DNA of 64,000 nucleotides from an uncultured Lishizhenia sp. (GCA_964612725.1 CAZTFG010000003.1:283-64282), one strand, 5' to 3'; numbered from the stretch's first letter, positions 20,294-30,266 are shown. Made by a program: numbers and translations. The notes: a model not told the origin generated them from the sequence alone.

Positions 20294-21471
20294 GTATGAA
20301 AACGGCGTATATTGTAGCTGGTTTTAGATCTGCAGTTGGTAAAGCTGGAAAGGGTGGCTTTCGTTTTTTCCGCCCAGATGATTTGGCGGCGGGTGTCATT
20401 CAACAGTTAATCCAATCTATACCATCCTTGGATCCTAACCAAATTGATGATGTTATAGTTGGTAATGCTACCCCTGAAGCAGAACAAGGATTAAATCTCG
20501 GACGAATGGTTTCTTTAATTGGTTTAAAAACAGATAAAGTTCCAGGTATGACCGTGAATCGTTATTGTTCCTCCGGATTGGAAACGATCGCTCTTGCACA
20601 AGCAAAAATAGAGGCAGGAATGGCAGATTGCATCATTGCCGGCGGAGTTGAATCTATGTCGATGATGGCTATGGGAGGATGGAGAATTGTGCCCAATCCA
20701 AAAGTTGGGAAAGAGCATCCATCTTATTATTGGGGAATGGGATTAACAGCCGAAGCGGTTGCAAAACAATATAATGTTTCCAGAGAAGATCAAGATCTTT
20801 TTTCTGTTCACTCACATGAAAAAGCACTCAAAGCCATTCAGGAAGGAAGATTTAAAAATGAAATTGTACCCATTGAGGTGGAGCATATTTTTTTGGATGA
20901 AAATGAAAAACGTCAAAGTCAAAAAAATATGATTGAAACTGATGAGGGGCCTAGGCTAAGTTCATTTGATTCGTTATCAAAGTTAAAGCCGGTATTTGCA
21001 GCAGACGGTTCCGTTACGGCAGGTAATTCCTCTCAAACATCTGATGGTGCTGCTTTTGTATTAGTTATGTCAGAGAAAATGATGAAAGAACTAAACTTAG
21101 AGCCAATTGCACGATTAAAATCGTATGCCGTTGTGGGGGTAGAGCCCCGTATTATGGGGATTGGTCCGGTTGAAGCAATTCCAAAAGCACTAACTCAAGC
21201 GTCATTATCTTCAGCCGATATTCAATTAATCGAACTCAATGAGGCCTTTGCTTCTCAATCATTAGCTGTTATCCGTGAATTAAACCTAAACCCGGAGATT
21301 GTGAATGTCAATGGAGGTGCTATTGCATTGGGTCATCCTTTAGGATGTACAGGTGCTAAACTAACCGTTCAAATGATGAACGAATTGAAGAAAAGAAACC
21401 AAAAATACGGTATTATTTCCATGTGTGTAGGTACAGGACAAGGGGCTGCCGGTGTTATAGAAATGGTCTAG
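20290..21471 (+). CDS. fadA: Acetyl-CoA C-acyltransferase (3-ketoacyl-CoA thiolase)
   Basis: 393 aa. Active-site Cys region 'VNRYCSSGLETI', 'NEAFA', and C-terminal 'GHPLGCTGA' and 'MCVGTGQGAA'. ATGA overlap with dedA. Confidence 0.93.
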   Translation: MSMKTAYIVAGFRSAVGKAGKGGFRFFRPDDLAAGVIQQLIQSIPSLDPNQIDDVIVGNATPEAEQGLNLGRMVSLIGLKTDKVPGMTVNRYCSSGLETIALAQAKIEAGMADCIIAGGVESMSMMAMGGWRIVPNPKVGKEHPSYYWGMGLTAEAVAKQYNVSREDQDLFSVHSHEKALKAIQEGRFKNEIVPIEVEHIFLDENEKRQSQKNMIETDEGPRLSSFDSLSKLKPVFAADGSVTAGNSSQTSDGAAFVLVMSEKMMKELNLEPIARLKSYAVVGVEPRIMGIGPVEAIPKALTQASLSSADIQLIELNEAFASQSLAVIRELNLNPEIVNVNGGAIALGHPLGCTGAKLTVQMMNELKKRNQKYGIISMCVGTGQGAAGVIEMV

Positions 21472-21528
21472 TTCATTGAATTACTGAATATTATTTTCAG
21501 GATAATTTTTATTTTTATTTTTTTAACA

Positions 21529-21536
21529 TATCTTTG
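21529..21536 (+). promoter_or_regulatory. Bacteroidota -7 promoter box (TAnnTTTG)
   Basis: TATCTTTG lies 20 nt upstream of the ATG at 21556. No clear -33 TTTG is present. Confidence 0.3.
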
Positions 21537-21555
21537 GTCAAACCAACTAGATGAT

Positions 21556-23940
21556 ATGACTAAAAAACTACCTTTCTTCAGTGTTTTCTTGGCATTTTTT
21601 TATTTTGGGGTTGTCAATGCACAAAACGGCTGTGATAATGCTGACTTTGAAAGTGGAACTTTTCAAAATTGGACGGGTCAAACAGGAAGTTGTTGCGCCA
21701 TAAACACGCCAACAAATGGTATTGTAAACGGACAACACACCATCATGACGGGCCCTGGTTTAGATCCCAATTCATGTGGCCAAATTCCGGTGGTTGCACC
21801 TGGGAGTACTTTTTCTGCACGTTTAGGAAATGATTTAAGTGGCTATGGTGCTGAGCGTCTGCGGTATAATTTTACCATTACCCCAGCTAACACGCTGATT
21901 ATTTATAAATATGCCGTGGTATTAGAAGATGGTGGTCATTCTGCTGCAGATCAACCACGATTTGTAGCTAAATTAACTGATCAAAACGGGCAAACAATAC
22001 CATGTACCAATTATTATGTGGCTGCAGGTGCTGGTTCAGGTTTTCAAAATTGCGGCGGTGTTCAATACAAACCATGGATAACTATTGGTGTTGATGTATC
22101 TGCTTATGTTGGTCAAACGGTTACCTTGGATTTTGCTACAGGCGATTGTGGTCAAGGGGCTCATTTTGGTTATGCGTATGTAGATGCCGGGTGCGCACCT
22201 TTCATAATCGATTCAAGGTATTGTGAAGTACAAAATGGATTAAATGTTGCAGTCTTAACGGCTCCTCCCGGATTTCAAAGTTACCTTTGGAGCAATGGGG
22301 GAACGAACAATACTACTGTTGTTGTAAATCCACAACAAGGAGAAGTAATTACTTGTCAAATCACCTCTGTGAATGGATGCGTGGCTAACCTTCAAGCAAC
22401 GATGACTCCTTCAGATGTTACAACTTCCTATATTCCAGAATCAGCATGTGTTGGTGATACGATAAATTTGGTAAATACTACATTATATGAAAATGCAATT
22501 GAAGACAGCGTATCATGGACATCTTCAGATGGGTTTTCTTCAAACACCACTGATTTTAGTCATATTTTTAATACTCCAGGTAATTATCAAGTTGAGTTGT
22601 ATGTTCAGTCTGATGCAGGATGTAGAGATTCAGTGACTCAAACAATTACTGTTTTTGAATCTCCAGTTTCTAGTATTCAATTATCAGATATCTGTTTAGG
22701 CGACCAAGCTCAAATTGCTTCAACCTCCACTATTTCAGATAATTCTCCTTTGACCCATACGTGGTCGATTGAAGGAAATGCATTCACGGGTAGCCCGATA
22801 ACATATAATTTTACTGGTGTTGATACCGTTACCATTACGTTGGTCAGTCAATCTCAAAATAATTGTATTGACTCTGCTCAACAACAAATAATTATTTATG
22901 ATAATCCAATTGCAGATTTCACTTTTGTGGAGCAATGTACCAATGTGCCGGTTGATTTTACAAATACTTCCACTATGTTGTCGCCTCAGAATTTATATTC
23001 TTGGATTTTCAACACCAATGAGGTTGCCACTACCGTAGATTATTCCAATCAATTTTCATCTACTGGTCCAAATTCTATAACCTTGATTGTTCAAGATGTT
23101 TATCCAACAGTAACGTGTGATGACACTATCACTCAGCCGTTTTTTGTTCATGATTTACCAACTATTCTTTATGTTGGAGATACCACGCAATGTGAAGATT
23201 TAAGTTTTGTAATTGATAATCAAACAACGGTTTCAACAAATGAAACGTTGGCTTTTGATTGGACGTTGGCAGGCGCTACCATTGCTACGTCAGAAGATTT
23301 ATCTTATACAATAAATGATGCTGGGGTTTATCCAATTACCCTAACGGCAACTTCCAGTTTCGGATGTGAAATGGATTCGACATTTGATATGTACATTTAT
23401 CCAACTCCTCCTGAACCTATTTTGAGTGTTTCCACTCCAGTTTGTCCTGGTGATCCAGTTTCTTTTGAAGCAGTTGGTATTCCAAATTCTACCATACAAT
23501 GGACAGGGCCGAATAATTTTAATTCTACCGATTTTGTGTTTGCTACTGCTATTGAAATTGCTGGAATGGGCTTCTATACTGCTTCCATCACTTCGGAGTA
23601 TGGGTGCGTTTCTGACACAAGTAATATTTATGCGTCTATTTTATATATCAATGGATTCGATGACTTTGAATTTCCAAATGTAATTACCGCTGATGGGGAT
23701 GGAGTAAACGATGAGCTTGACTTACAAACGTATTTTAAAACATGCGAGGAATATACTCTTTACATCTTGAATCGTTGGGGAAATGTTGTATTTACTCAAA
23801 CGATTGATTCTACTCCTTTTAGCGGCTATACGCAAGAAGGTAATGAATTGGAAGAAGGCGTGTATTTTTATAAATTAGTGGTGCATGATGCAGCAGAAGA
23901 TAAATCTGTTAAATCTGGATTTATACACGTTGTTAAGTAA
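21556..23940 (+). CDS. Secreted multi-PKD-repeat protein with type-B T9SS C-terminal domain (gliding motility-associated CTD)
   Basis: 794 aa. Signal peptide ending 'VVNAQ', a Cys-rich N-terminal domain ('NADFESGTFQNWTG'), and repeated roughly 80-aa Ig/PKD-like units. The C-terminus 'FPNVITADGDGVNDEL...LNRWGNVVF...GVYFYKL' is typical of type-B CTDs. Confidence 0.82.
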   Translation: MTKKLPFFSVFLAFFYFGVVNAQNGCDNADFESGTFQNWTGQTGSCCAINTPTNGIVNGQHTIMTGPGLDPNSCGQIPVVAPGSTFSARLGNDLSGYGAERLRYNFTITPANTLIIYKYAVVLEDGGHSAADQPRFVAKLTDQNGQTIPCTNYYVAAGAGSGFQNCGGVQYKPWITIGVDVSAYVGQTVTLDFATGDCGQGAHFGYAYVDAGCAPFIIDSRYCEVQNGLNVAVLTAPPGFQSYLWSNGGTNNTTVVVNPQQGEVITCQITSVNGCVANLQATMTPSDVTTSYIPESACVGDTINLVNTTLYENAIEDSVSWTSSDGFSSNTTDFSHIFNTPGNYQVELYVQSDAGCRDSVTQTITVFESPVSSIQLSDICLGDQAQIASTSTISDNSPLTHTWSIEGNAFTGSPITYNFTGVDTVTITLVSQSQNNCIDSAQQQIIIYDNPIADFTFVEQCTNVPVDFTNTSTMLSPQNLYSWIFNTNEVATTVDYSNQFSSTGPNSITLIVQDVYPTVTCDDTITQPFFVHDLPTILYVGDTTQCEDLSFVIDNQTTVSTNETLAFDWTLAGATIATSEDLSYTINDAGVYPITLTATSSFGCEMDSTFDMYIYPTPPEPILSVSTPVCPGDPVSFEAVGIPNSTIQWTGPNNFNSTDFVFATAIEIAGMGFYTASITSEYGCVSDTSNIYASILYINGFDDFEFPNVITADGDGVNDELDLQTYFKTCEEYTLYILNRWGNVVFTQTIDSTPFSGYTQEGNELEEGVYFYKLVVHDAAEDKSVKSGFIHVVK

Positions 23941-23976
23941 ACAAATTCATTTTTTTCTTGTTTGAATTACTTGAAT

Positions 23977-25443
23977 ATGAGTAATTCAAAAAAAGCAATT
24001 GTAATTGGTTCTGGTATTGCTGGTATTGCCTCAGCACTTCGATTGAGTGCCAAAGGATATGAGGTAGAGGTTTTTGAAGCAAATGCATACCTTGGTGGTA
24101 AACTATCGCTAATTGAATTAGGTAATTACCGGTTTGATGCAGGGCCTTCATTATTTACAATGCCTCATTTTGTAGATGAACTCTTTCGTTTGTTTGATAA
24201 AAATCCAGCAGATTATTTTCAGTATGTAGCCAATGAGGTTGCGTGTCATTATTTTTTTCCAGACGGAACGTTTCTTCCATTCTACACAGACAAGAACCAA
24301 ACGGTTAAAATGGTTGAAAACACGCTTCAAATAGATCGAAAGCCGCTCCTTAATCATTTTAAAAAAAGTGAATTTATTTACAATAAAACCCATTCTATTT
24401 TTCTTGAAAATTCACTGCATTCCTTGAAAACCTATTTTTCTAAGGATATTTTTTCTTCCGTTTTAGCGCTTCCATTTTTGGATATTTTTAAAACCATGAA
24501 TCAAAGTAATGAGCTTGGATTAAATCATCCAAAATTGGTGCAAATATTCAATCGTTATGCCACTTACAATGGTTCAAATCCCTATCAAGCACCAGGTATT
24601 TTGAATATTATACCTCACCTTGAACACGGGATAGGTTCATTTTTTCCCAGCAAAGGGATGCACTCAGTAACCACTAGTTTGGTCCAATTAGCAACCGAAA
24701 TGGGTGTCGAATTTAGATTAAATTCCAAAGTGTCTGAAATCGTGGTTGAAGGAAAAAAAGTGAAAGGGGTAAAAGTGGATAAAGAAATGTTTTCTGCAGA
24801 TGTTGTTTTTTGTAATTCAGACATCAAACCAGCATATAATCATTTATTAAAGTCAGTTCCTAAGCCAAGTAAAACATTAAGTCAAGAACCATCTAGTTCG
24901 GCAATGATTTTTTATTGGGGAATTAAAAAGTCGTTTCCTCAATTAGATTTACACAACATCTTTTTTTCTGCAGATTATAAACACGAATTTGAAACTATTT
25001 TCAATCATGCAGCCGTTTGTGATGACCCAACGGTTTATGTGCATGTTTCTTCAAAAATAGCGAAAGAAGATGCCCCGCCGGGAGGTGAGAATTGGTTTGT
25101 GATGGTTAATGTACCCTATAATTCAGGTCAGGATTGGGAAACAATGCGCAAGGTTATCCGTTCATCGATTATCAAAAAATTGAATGCTACTTTAGGGGAG
25201 AACATAGAATCATTGATTGAGGAAGAAGATTACTTAGATCCAATAAGAATAGAGCAGCGTACGTCAAGTTTTGGGGGTGCATTATATGGCGCGTCCTCTA
25301 ACGATCGCATGGCTGCATTTTTCCGTCATCCCAATTTCTCAAAAATTAACGGATTGTATTTTGTGGGTGGCAGTGTTCATCCAGGAGGAGGAATACCACT
25401 TTGTTTATTATCTGCTAAGATTGCAACGGGTTTTGTAAAATAA
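23977..25443 (+). CDS. Phytoene desaturase family FAD-dependent oxidoreductase (CrtI/CrtD-like)
   Basis: FAD motif 'AIVIGSGIAGIASA' and C-terminal 'GLYFVGGSVHPGGGIP'. The start is taken at ATG 23977. The track start at 23962 is a TTG. Confidence 0.75.
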   Translation: MSNSKKAIVIGSGIAGIASALRLSAKGYEVEVFEANAYLGGKLSLIELGNYRFDAGPSLFTMPHFVDELFRLFDKNPADYFQYVANEVACHYFFPDGTFLPFYTDKNQTVKMVENTLQIDRKPLLNHFKKSEFIYNKTHSIFLENSLHSLKTYFSKDIFSSVLALPFLDIFKTMNQSNELGLNHPKLVQIFNRYATYNGSNPYQAPGILNIIPHLEHGIGSFFPSKGMHSVTTSLVQLATEMGVEFRLNSKVSEIVVEGKKVKGVKVDKEMFSADVVFCNSDIKPAYNHLLKSVPKPSKTLSQEPSSSAMIFYWGIKKSFPQLDLHNIFFSADYKHEFETIFNHAAVCDDPTVYVHVSSKIAKEDAPPGGENWFVMVNVPYNSGQDWETMRKVIRSSIIKKLNATLGENIESLIEEEDYLDPIRIEQRTSSFGGALYGASSNDRMAAFFRHPNFSKINGLYFVGGSVHPGGGIPLCLLSAKIATGFVK

Positions 25444-25497
25444 GAAACGATACCGAATAAATCAATTCTCTTATCGTTCTATCTCTGTTTAATTCTC

Positions 25498-25505
25498 TAT
25501 TTTTG
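25498..25505 (+). promoter_or_regulatory. Bacteroidota -7 promoter box (TAnnTTTG)
   Basis: TATTTTTG lies 18 nt upstream of the TTG start at 25523. Confidence 0.25.
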
Positions 25506-25522
25506 TTATCGTCAAAAAGATT

Positions 25523-26983
25523 TTGAAAAGGCTTTATTTATTTAGCATTCGGGCATTCACAGGTCCATTTATTGTGACATTGATTATTTCAATGGTAATG
25601 CTCATCATGCAATTTTTTTGGCTCTATATTGATGATATGATAGGGAAGGGAATAGAGCTTTCCATCATAATGGAATTATTATTTTATGTTTCTGCTAGTT
25701 TAATTCCCTTGGCCCTTCCTTTAGCCATCTTACTTTCTTCCATTATGACCATAGGGAATATGGCAGAGAACAATGAGTTGAATGCATTGAAATCGGCAGG
25801 TATGTCGCTTTTTCAGATTTTAAGACCCCTCACTTGGATAGTTGTCTTCATAACAGCGGCCACCTTTTACTTTGCAAATTACGTTATTCCTGTAGCAAAT
25901 TTGAAGTGGCATTCGTTGATTTTTGATATTCAAAACACAAAAATTTCTGCTTTAATAACACCGGGTATATACAGTAAAGGAATAGAAGGATATGCAATTA
26001 AAGTAGATACTGGAAAAGACAGTTATTTTGAAGGAATTATTATCCATGACCACACTCAACCAAAAGAATTAAAAACGATTCGAGCCAAACAAGGAAATTT
26101 ATATAAATCGGTCAATGGAAAATACCTTTTCTTTGAATTAAAAAATGGTTCTATAATGGAAGAGTTGGAAATTGAAAGTCCTGTTTTTATGCTGGGTGGC
26201 AAACTCCAACCTAATAGTCGAAATAGCAGACCAACACGAAGAGCAACGTTCAAAAAAGCAACGTATAAAATGGATTTAACGGGATTTGATTTAAATCGCT
26301 CGGACGAAAAAACATTTGCAGATAAACACGAAATGTTGAATGTTTTTCAAATTTCTCATGCAGTTGATTCTGTATCCTTACGAGGAGAACAGGTTATGCG
26401 AACTTTTTTACTTTCCGTAAAAAATGAACATGCTTTTTTCAATAACAAGAACACCGCAGTAAGCAACTTTAATACAACGGGAATTAGGAATTCCAAAGCT
26501 CCTGCAAAAGCAATTGTTTTCAATACTTTATCAAATACAGAGAAACAAAAGGCAATTTCTGCTGCACAAACCAAGTTGAGAAGGAAAAAGCAATCGCTTC
26601 AAAATCAAGGTGAGTTTTTTCAAGCGATGGAAAAAGAGTTAGATAGTTATTGGATTGAATTTCATCGAAAATTCGCATTAACCTATGCTATTTTGGTATT
26701 GTTCTTTATTGGTGCTCCTTTAGGTGCAATCGTCCGCAGGGGTGGATTTGGTGCTCCGGTTGTCATAGCGGCATTGCTTTTTATGATTTATTTTGTACTC
26801 ATTTCCATCGGTGAAAATTTAGCCAAAACAGATGTAGTATCACCATTTGTGGGTATGTGGTTTGCGGGAATTGTATTAACACCGGTGGCTATTTTATTTA
26901 CTTGGGCAGCATCAAATGATATTGATTTAATAGAAAGAATGAACTTTTGGAGTAGATTAAAAGCCTTAAAAAAACCAAAATAA
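25523..26983 (+). CDS. LptF/LptG (YjgP/YjgQ) family LPS export permease with enlarged periplasmic domain
   Basis: 486 aa. Three N-terminal TMs ('FTGPFIVTLIISMVMLIMQFFW'), a roughly 240-aa soluble insert, and three C-terminal TMs. Confidence 0.78.
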   Translation: MKRLYLFSIRAFTGPFIVTLIISMVMLIMQFFWLYIDDMIGKGIELSIIMELLFYVSASLIPLALPLAILLSSIMTIGNMAENNELNALKSAGMSLFQILRPLTWIVVFITAATFYFANYVIPVANLKWHSLIFDIQNTKISALITPGIYSKGIEGYAIKVDTGKDSYFEGIIIHDHTQPKELKTIRAKQGNLYKSVNGKYLFFELKNGSIMEELEIESPVFMLGGKLQPNSRNSRPTRRATFKKATYKMDLTGFDLNRSDEKTFADKHEMLNVFQISHAVDSVSLRGEQVMRTFLLSVKNEHAFFNNKNTAVSNFNTTGIRNSKAPAKAIVFNTLSNTEKQKAISAAQTKLRRKKQSLQNQGEFFQAMEKELDSYWIEFHRKFALTYAILVLFFIGAPLGAIVRRGGFGAPVVIAALLFMIYFVLISIGENLAKTDVVSPFVGMWFAGIVLTPVAILFTWAASNDIDLIERMNFWSRLKALKKPK

Positions 26984-26986
26984 ATT

Positions 26987-28189
26987 GTGAAAATCCTTCA
27001 ATTATGTAATAAAGCACCTTTTCCTGCTAACGACGGGAGCAGTATTGCTATTTATAATATGGCGGTTGGCTTGCTTAATAATGGGGTGGAGGTTCATTTA
27101 CTTACCATTAACACTAAAAAACATTTTAAATCAGATGATAATATTCCTACCGATTTTTTTAAAAATGTCCATTATCAGTCAGTTTTTAAAGATACAAATC
27201 CTACTTTTTTTGGGATGATGATTAATTTTTTTTCTTCAAAATCCTATTTTGAGACGCGGTTTTATTTTCGGGAATTTGAACAAAAATTAAAAGAAAATCT
27301 TCAGGCTTTTTCTTATGATATTATTCAATTAGAAGGCTTTTTTATGTGCTCATACATTCCCATTATTCGGCAGTATTCATCCGCGAAAATTGTCTTAAGA
27401 GCACATAATATAGAACATATTATATGGGAAAGGCACATTAAAACGCTATCAAATCCAATTAAAAAAGCCTACCTCTCCCTTCAAACAAAACGCCTTCGAA
27501 AACAAGAGTTGAAGGCATTCAACCAGGTGGATTATATCATTCCAATAACAGCAATTGACCAAAAAGAAATGGAAAAATGGGTGGATAGTTCAAGGCTACA
27601 TACCGCTTTGACGGGAGTGAATTTAACAGAATACCAGTTGAAGACAGATCCATTATTTGAACCATTTAGTGTTTTCTGCTTTGGCTCAATGGATTGGATG
27701 CCGAATCAAGTGGCTGTTGAATGGTTTTTGGAACATTGTTGGCAGCAAATTTTGGATAAAATCCCGGAATGTAAATTTATTATTGCTGGTCGTAATATTC
27801 CAGATGCGTTTAAGCAACTGGCTTCATCATCAATTCAATTGTTGGAAAACGTTGCTGATAGTAGGGATGTTTATAATCGATTTAATATCATGATTGTACC
27901 TCTTCAATCTGGAAGTGGTTTGCGCATAAAAATTGTCGAAGGCTTGAGTTTTGGGAAAGCAATAGTGACAACTCCAGTTGGTTGTGAAGGTATCAATGTA
28001 CAATCAAATCGAGATCTTTTGATCGCTGAAAAACCTGAAGACTTTGTTGATTCTGTTTTAAAATTGTTAGAAGATAGTTTGTTGAGAGAATCAATGGAGG
28101 CGAATGCTAAATCATTTGCAAAGGAAGAACTAGACAACACGAAATTAACCGCTACCTTAGTACAATTTTATAATTCGATTTTATCATAA
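26987..28189 (+). CDS. Glycosyltransferase family 4
   Basis: 400 aa, GTG start. 'KILQLCNKAPFPANDGSS' and a C-terminal GT-B region 'PLQSGSGLRIKIVEGLSFGKAIVTT'. Confidence 0.8.
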   Translation: MKILQLCNKAPFPANDGSSIAIYNMAVGLLNNGVEVHLLTINTKKHFKSDDNIPTDFFKNVHYQSVFKDTNPTFFGMMINFFSSKSYFETRFYFREFEQKLKENLQAFSYDIIQLEGFFMCSYIPIIRQYSSAKIVLRAHNIEHIIWERHIKTLSNPIKKAYLSLQTKRLRKQELKAFNQVDYIIPITAIDQKEMEKWVDSSRLHTALTGVNLTEYQLKTDPLFEPFSVFCFGSMDWMPNQVAVEWFLEHCWQQILDKIPECKFIIAGRNIPDAFKQLASSSIQLLENVADSRDVYNRFNIMIVPLQSGSGLRIKIVEGLSFGKAIVTTPVGCEGINVQSNRDLLIAEKPEDFVDSVLKLLEDSLLRESMEANAKSFAKEELDNTKLTATLVQFYNSILS

Positions 28190-29347
28190 GTGTTAGAAAA
28201 AGGGCTATATCTCATTGGGATCATTTCAATTATTGGAATAGCTCAGAGCTATTTGCTTTATCCACTTGGATTACTTCTTTTTGGTAAAAAAACGCAATCT
28301 AAACCTACATTAGATAGTTCTCCGAATGTTGCTGTTGTTATAGCCGCTTACAATGAGGAAAATGTATTAGAAAAAAAAATTCAAAGTGTTCTGTCTTCCA
28401 ATTATCCATTGGAAAAGCTTTCCATATACGTTGGTTCTGATGCGTCAACGGATGGTACAAACAAAATTGTAGAAGGTTTTGCCGCTCGTTTTCCCACGGT
28501 TCATCTAGTCGTTTTTCAAGGAAGAACGGGAAAAGCCGGCATCATCAATGCGTTAATTAAAGATTGTACGGAGGAGGTTCTTATTTTAACAGATGCAAAT
28601 GTCTTTTTTAAACCTTCTACCATCCCAAATCTTATTCGACATTTCTCAAGTGCGGATACGCATCAAGTATGTGCTAATATTTTAAAAACATCTGATAGAA
28701 ATGAAAATATTCAAGCCCTAGAAAAAGGGTATTTGCTTATTGAAAACAAACTAAAATTAAGAGAAAGCGCAAATTGGGGTTTTGTGATGGGAGCCGAAGG
28801 TGGGTGTTATGCCATACGAAGAACAGCCTATACACCTGTTCCTAAAAATTTTTTCATGGATGATTTTTTTGTTACCATGAGCGTTATAGCAAATAAAGGG
28901 CGGGTTGTATTTGATGAAGAAGCTATCTGCTATGAAGATCTCCCTTCTGAATCAGCAGAAGAATTTAAGCGTAAAATTCGAATTTCAATTGGTAATTATC
29001 AGAATCTAGTTGCGTTTAAACAACTTCTATGGCCTATTTGGACTCCAATCGCATTTGCGTTTATTTCCCATAAAATTTTGAGGTGGTTGACTCCTTTTTT
29101 TCTTATACTTTTGCTGCTGGTTTCTATTGCGCTCAGTTTTAATTGTCCGATTTTTCAGCTATTCGCTATACTTCAAGGTAGTTTATTTCTTAGTCCTTTT
29201 GCAATTCCCTATTTAAAATCAGTAAAGCCATTATTATTTATTGCTCATTTTTACAACATGAATCTTGCTTTGCTTATTGGTTTCTTCAAGTATATGAAAG
29301 GAGTGAAATCGAGTGTTTGGCAACCCACCCCTCGATCTAAGAATTAA
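28190..29347 (+). CDS. Membrane-embedded glycosyltransferase family 2
   Basis: 385 aa, GTG start directly after the GT4 stop. One N-terminal TM, a GT-A core ('VAVVIAAYNEE', 'GSDASTDGT', 'LTDANV'), then 3-4 C-terminal TMs. Confidence 0.8.
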   Translation: MLEKGLYLIGIISIIGIAQSYLLYPLGLLLFGKKTQSKPTLDSSPNVAVVIAAYNEENVLEKKIQSVLSSNYPLEKLSIYVGSDASTDGTNKIVEGFAARFPTVHLVVFQGRTGKAGIINALIKDCTEEVLILTDANVFFKPSTIPNLIRHFSSADTHQVCANILKTSDRNENIQALEKGYLLIENKLKLRESANWGFVMGAEGGCYAIRRTAYTPVPKNFFMDDFFVTMSVIANKGRVVFDEEAICYEDLPSESAEEFKRKIRISIGNYQNLVAFKQLLWPIWTPIAFAFISHKILRWLTPFFLILLLLVSIALSFNCPIFQLFAILQGSLFLSPFAIPYLKSVKPLLFIAHFYNMNLALLIGFFKYMKGVKSSVWQPTPRSKN

Positions 29348-30266
29348 CTTTTTTGGTGGGCCTTCCGGTCAAATAAACGCCGACAAAAATCAGGAGCATA
29401 TATATGACTTTTTCAATTGTAATGGTTGATGTATAATCGGGTGCTAGATTTAGATATAAAAATAGGTACGCAAAACCAATTACCATCATCGGTTGAAAAT
29501 AAATGTATGAGCTTGAAACGGATGGACTCAAGTGTTTTAATCCATACATCGTTAACAAATAGGTAAGAAAAGTAACCCCAACCACCACATAGATAATTTT
29601 AATCCAAATGCTTGTTGGAATTTTTGCGAAATCAGTGATTATTAATTCTGAATGAACAGGTGGGTAAAATAAGAGAAATACAAGCCCTAAGCTAAATACC
29701 CAAGTGATTACCAATAGCGGACTGTATTTTTTCATGAGTGGCTTAGCCAGTACTAAATAAACGGCATAGCTCAGCGAATTAATTAATAAAAATAAATCGC
29801 CCAAACTCGTTTCTGAAACTGCCCGAACACCTGTTAATGTTAATAAAATGGCACCTATTGCACCAATAGCAATTCCGCTAAGGTGTATCGCCGTGATTTT
29901 TTCTCTTAATAGGAAAGCGGAAAGAATAATCACCATAATTGGATTGAAGGCCATGATTATTCCGGAATTAACAGAAGAGGATAAATTGAGTCCATGAAAA
30001 AAGAAAAGTTGATTAACCGTTACACCAAATAGCCCGCAAGCCATGAGTCTCAGCCAATCTTTCCGTTCAATTTTATACGATTTAATGAAAAATAAAAGTA
30101 ACCAAAACAGTAATGTTGCTCCCAGTACACGAAAAAAAATAAACACAGAGGGAGTTAAATAAGTGGGCATGACACCCTTTGCCAAGACATGGCTCGCACC
30201 ATAAAGTGTGTTTACTAAGAATAATGCGGCATGAGCCCAAATAGTTCCTTCAGTTTTATTTTCCAT
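29337..30266 (-). CDS. EamA/DMT family transporter
   Basis: About 10 TM segments in two repeated halves. ATG 30266 is preferred because it gives a 1-nt TAATG overlap with the upstream gene. The track start at 30281 is a GTG. The 3' end overlaps the convergent GT2 gene by 11 nt. Confidence 0.8.
   Translation of the reverse strand: MENKTEGTIWAHAALFLVNTLYGASHVLAKGVMPTYLTPSVFIFFRVLGATLLFWLLLFFIKSYKIERKDWLRLMACGLFGVTVNQLFFFHGLNLSSSVNSGIIMAFNPIMVIILSAFLLREKITAIHLSGIAIGAIGAILLTLTGVRAVSETSLGDLFLLINSLSYAVYLVLAKPLMKKYSPLLVITWVFSLGLVFLLFYPPVHSELIITDFAKIPTSIWIKIIYVVVGVTFLTYLLTMYGLKHLSPSVSSSYIYFQPMMVIGFAYLFLYLNLAPDYTSTITIEKVIYMLLIFVGVYLTGRPTKKVNS

Noticed and set aside
23977-25443. Stand-alone CrtD/CrtI-like desaturase with no crtB, crtY or crtZ neighbours, considered as a possible novel pigment locus.
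   Set aside because: A single FAD-dependent desaturase-family gene is not evidence for a pathway. The other carotenoid genes may simply lie elsewhere in the genome.
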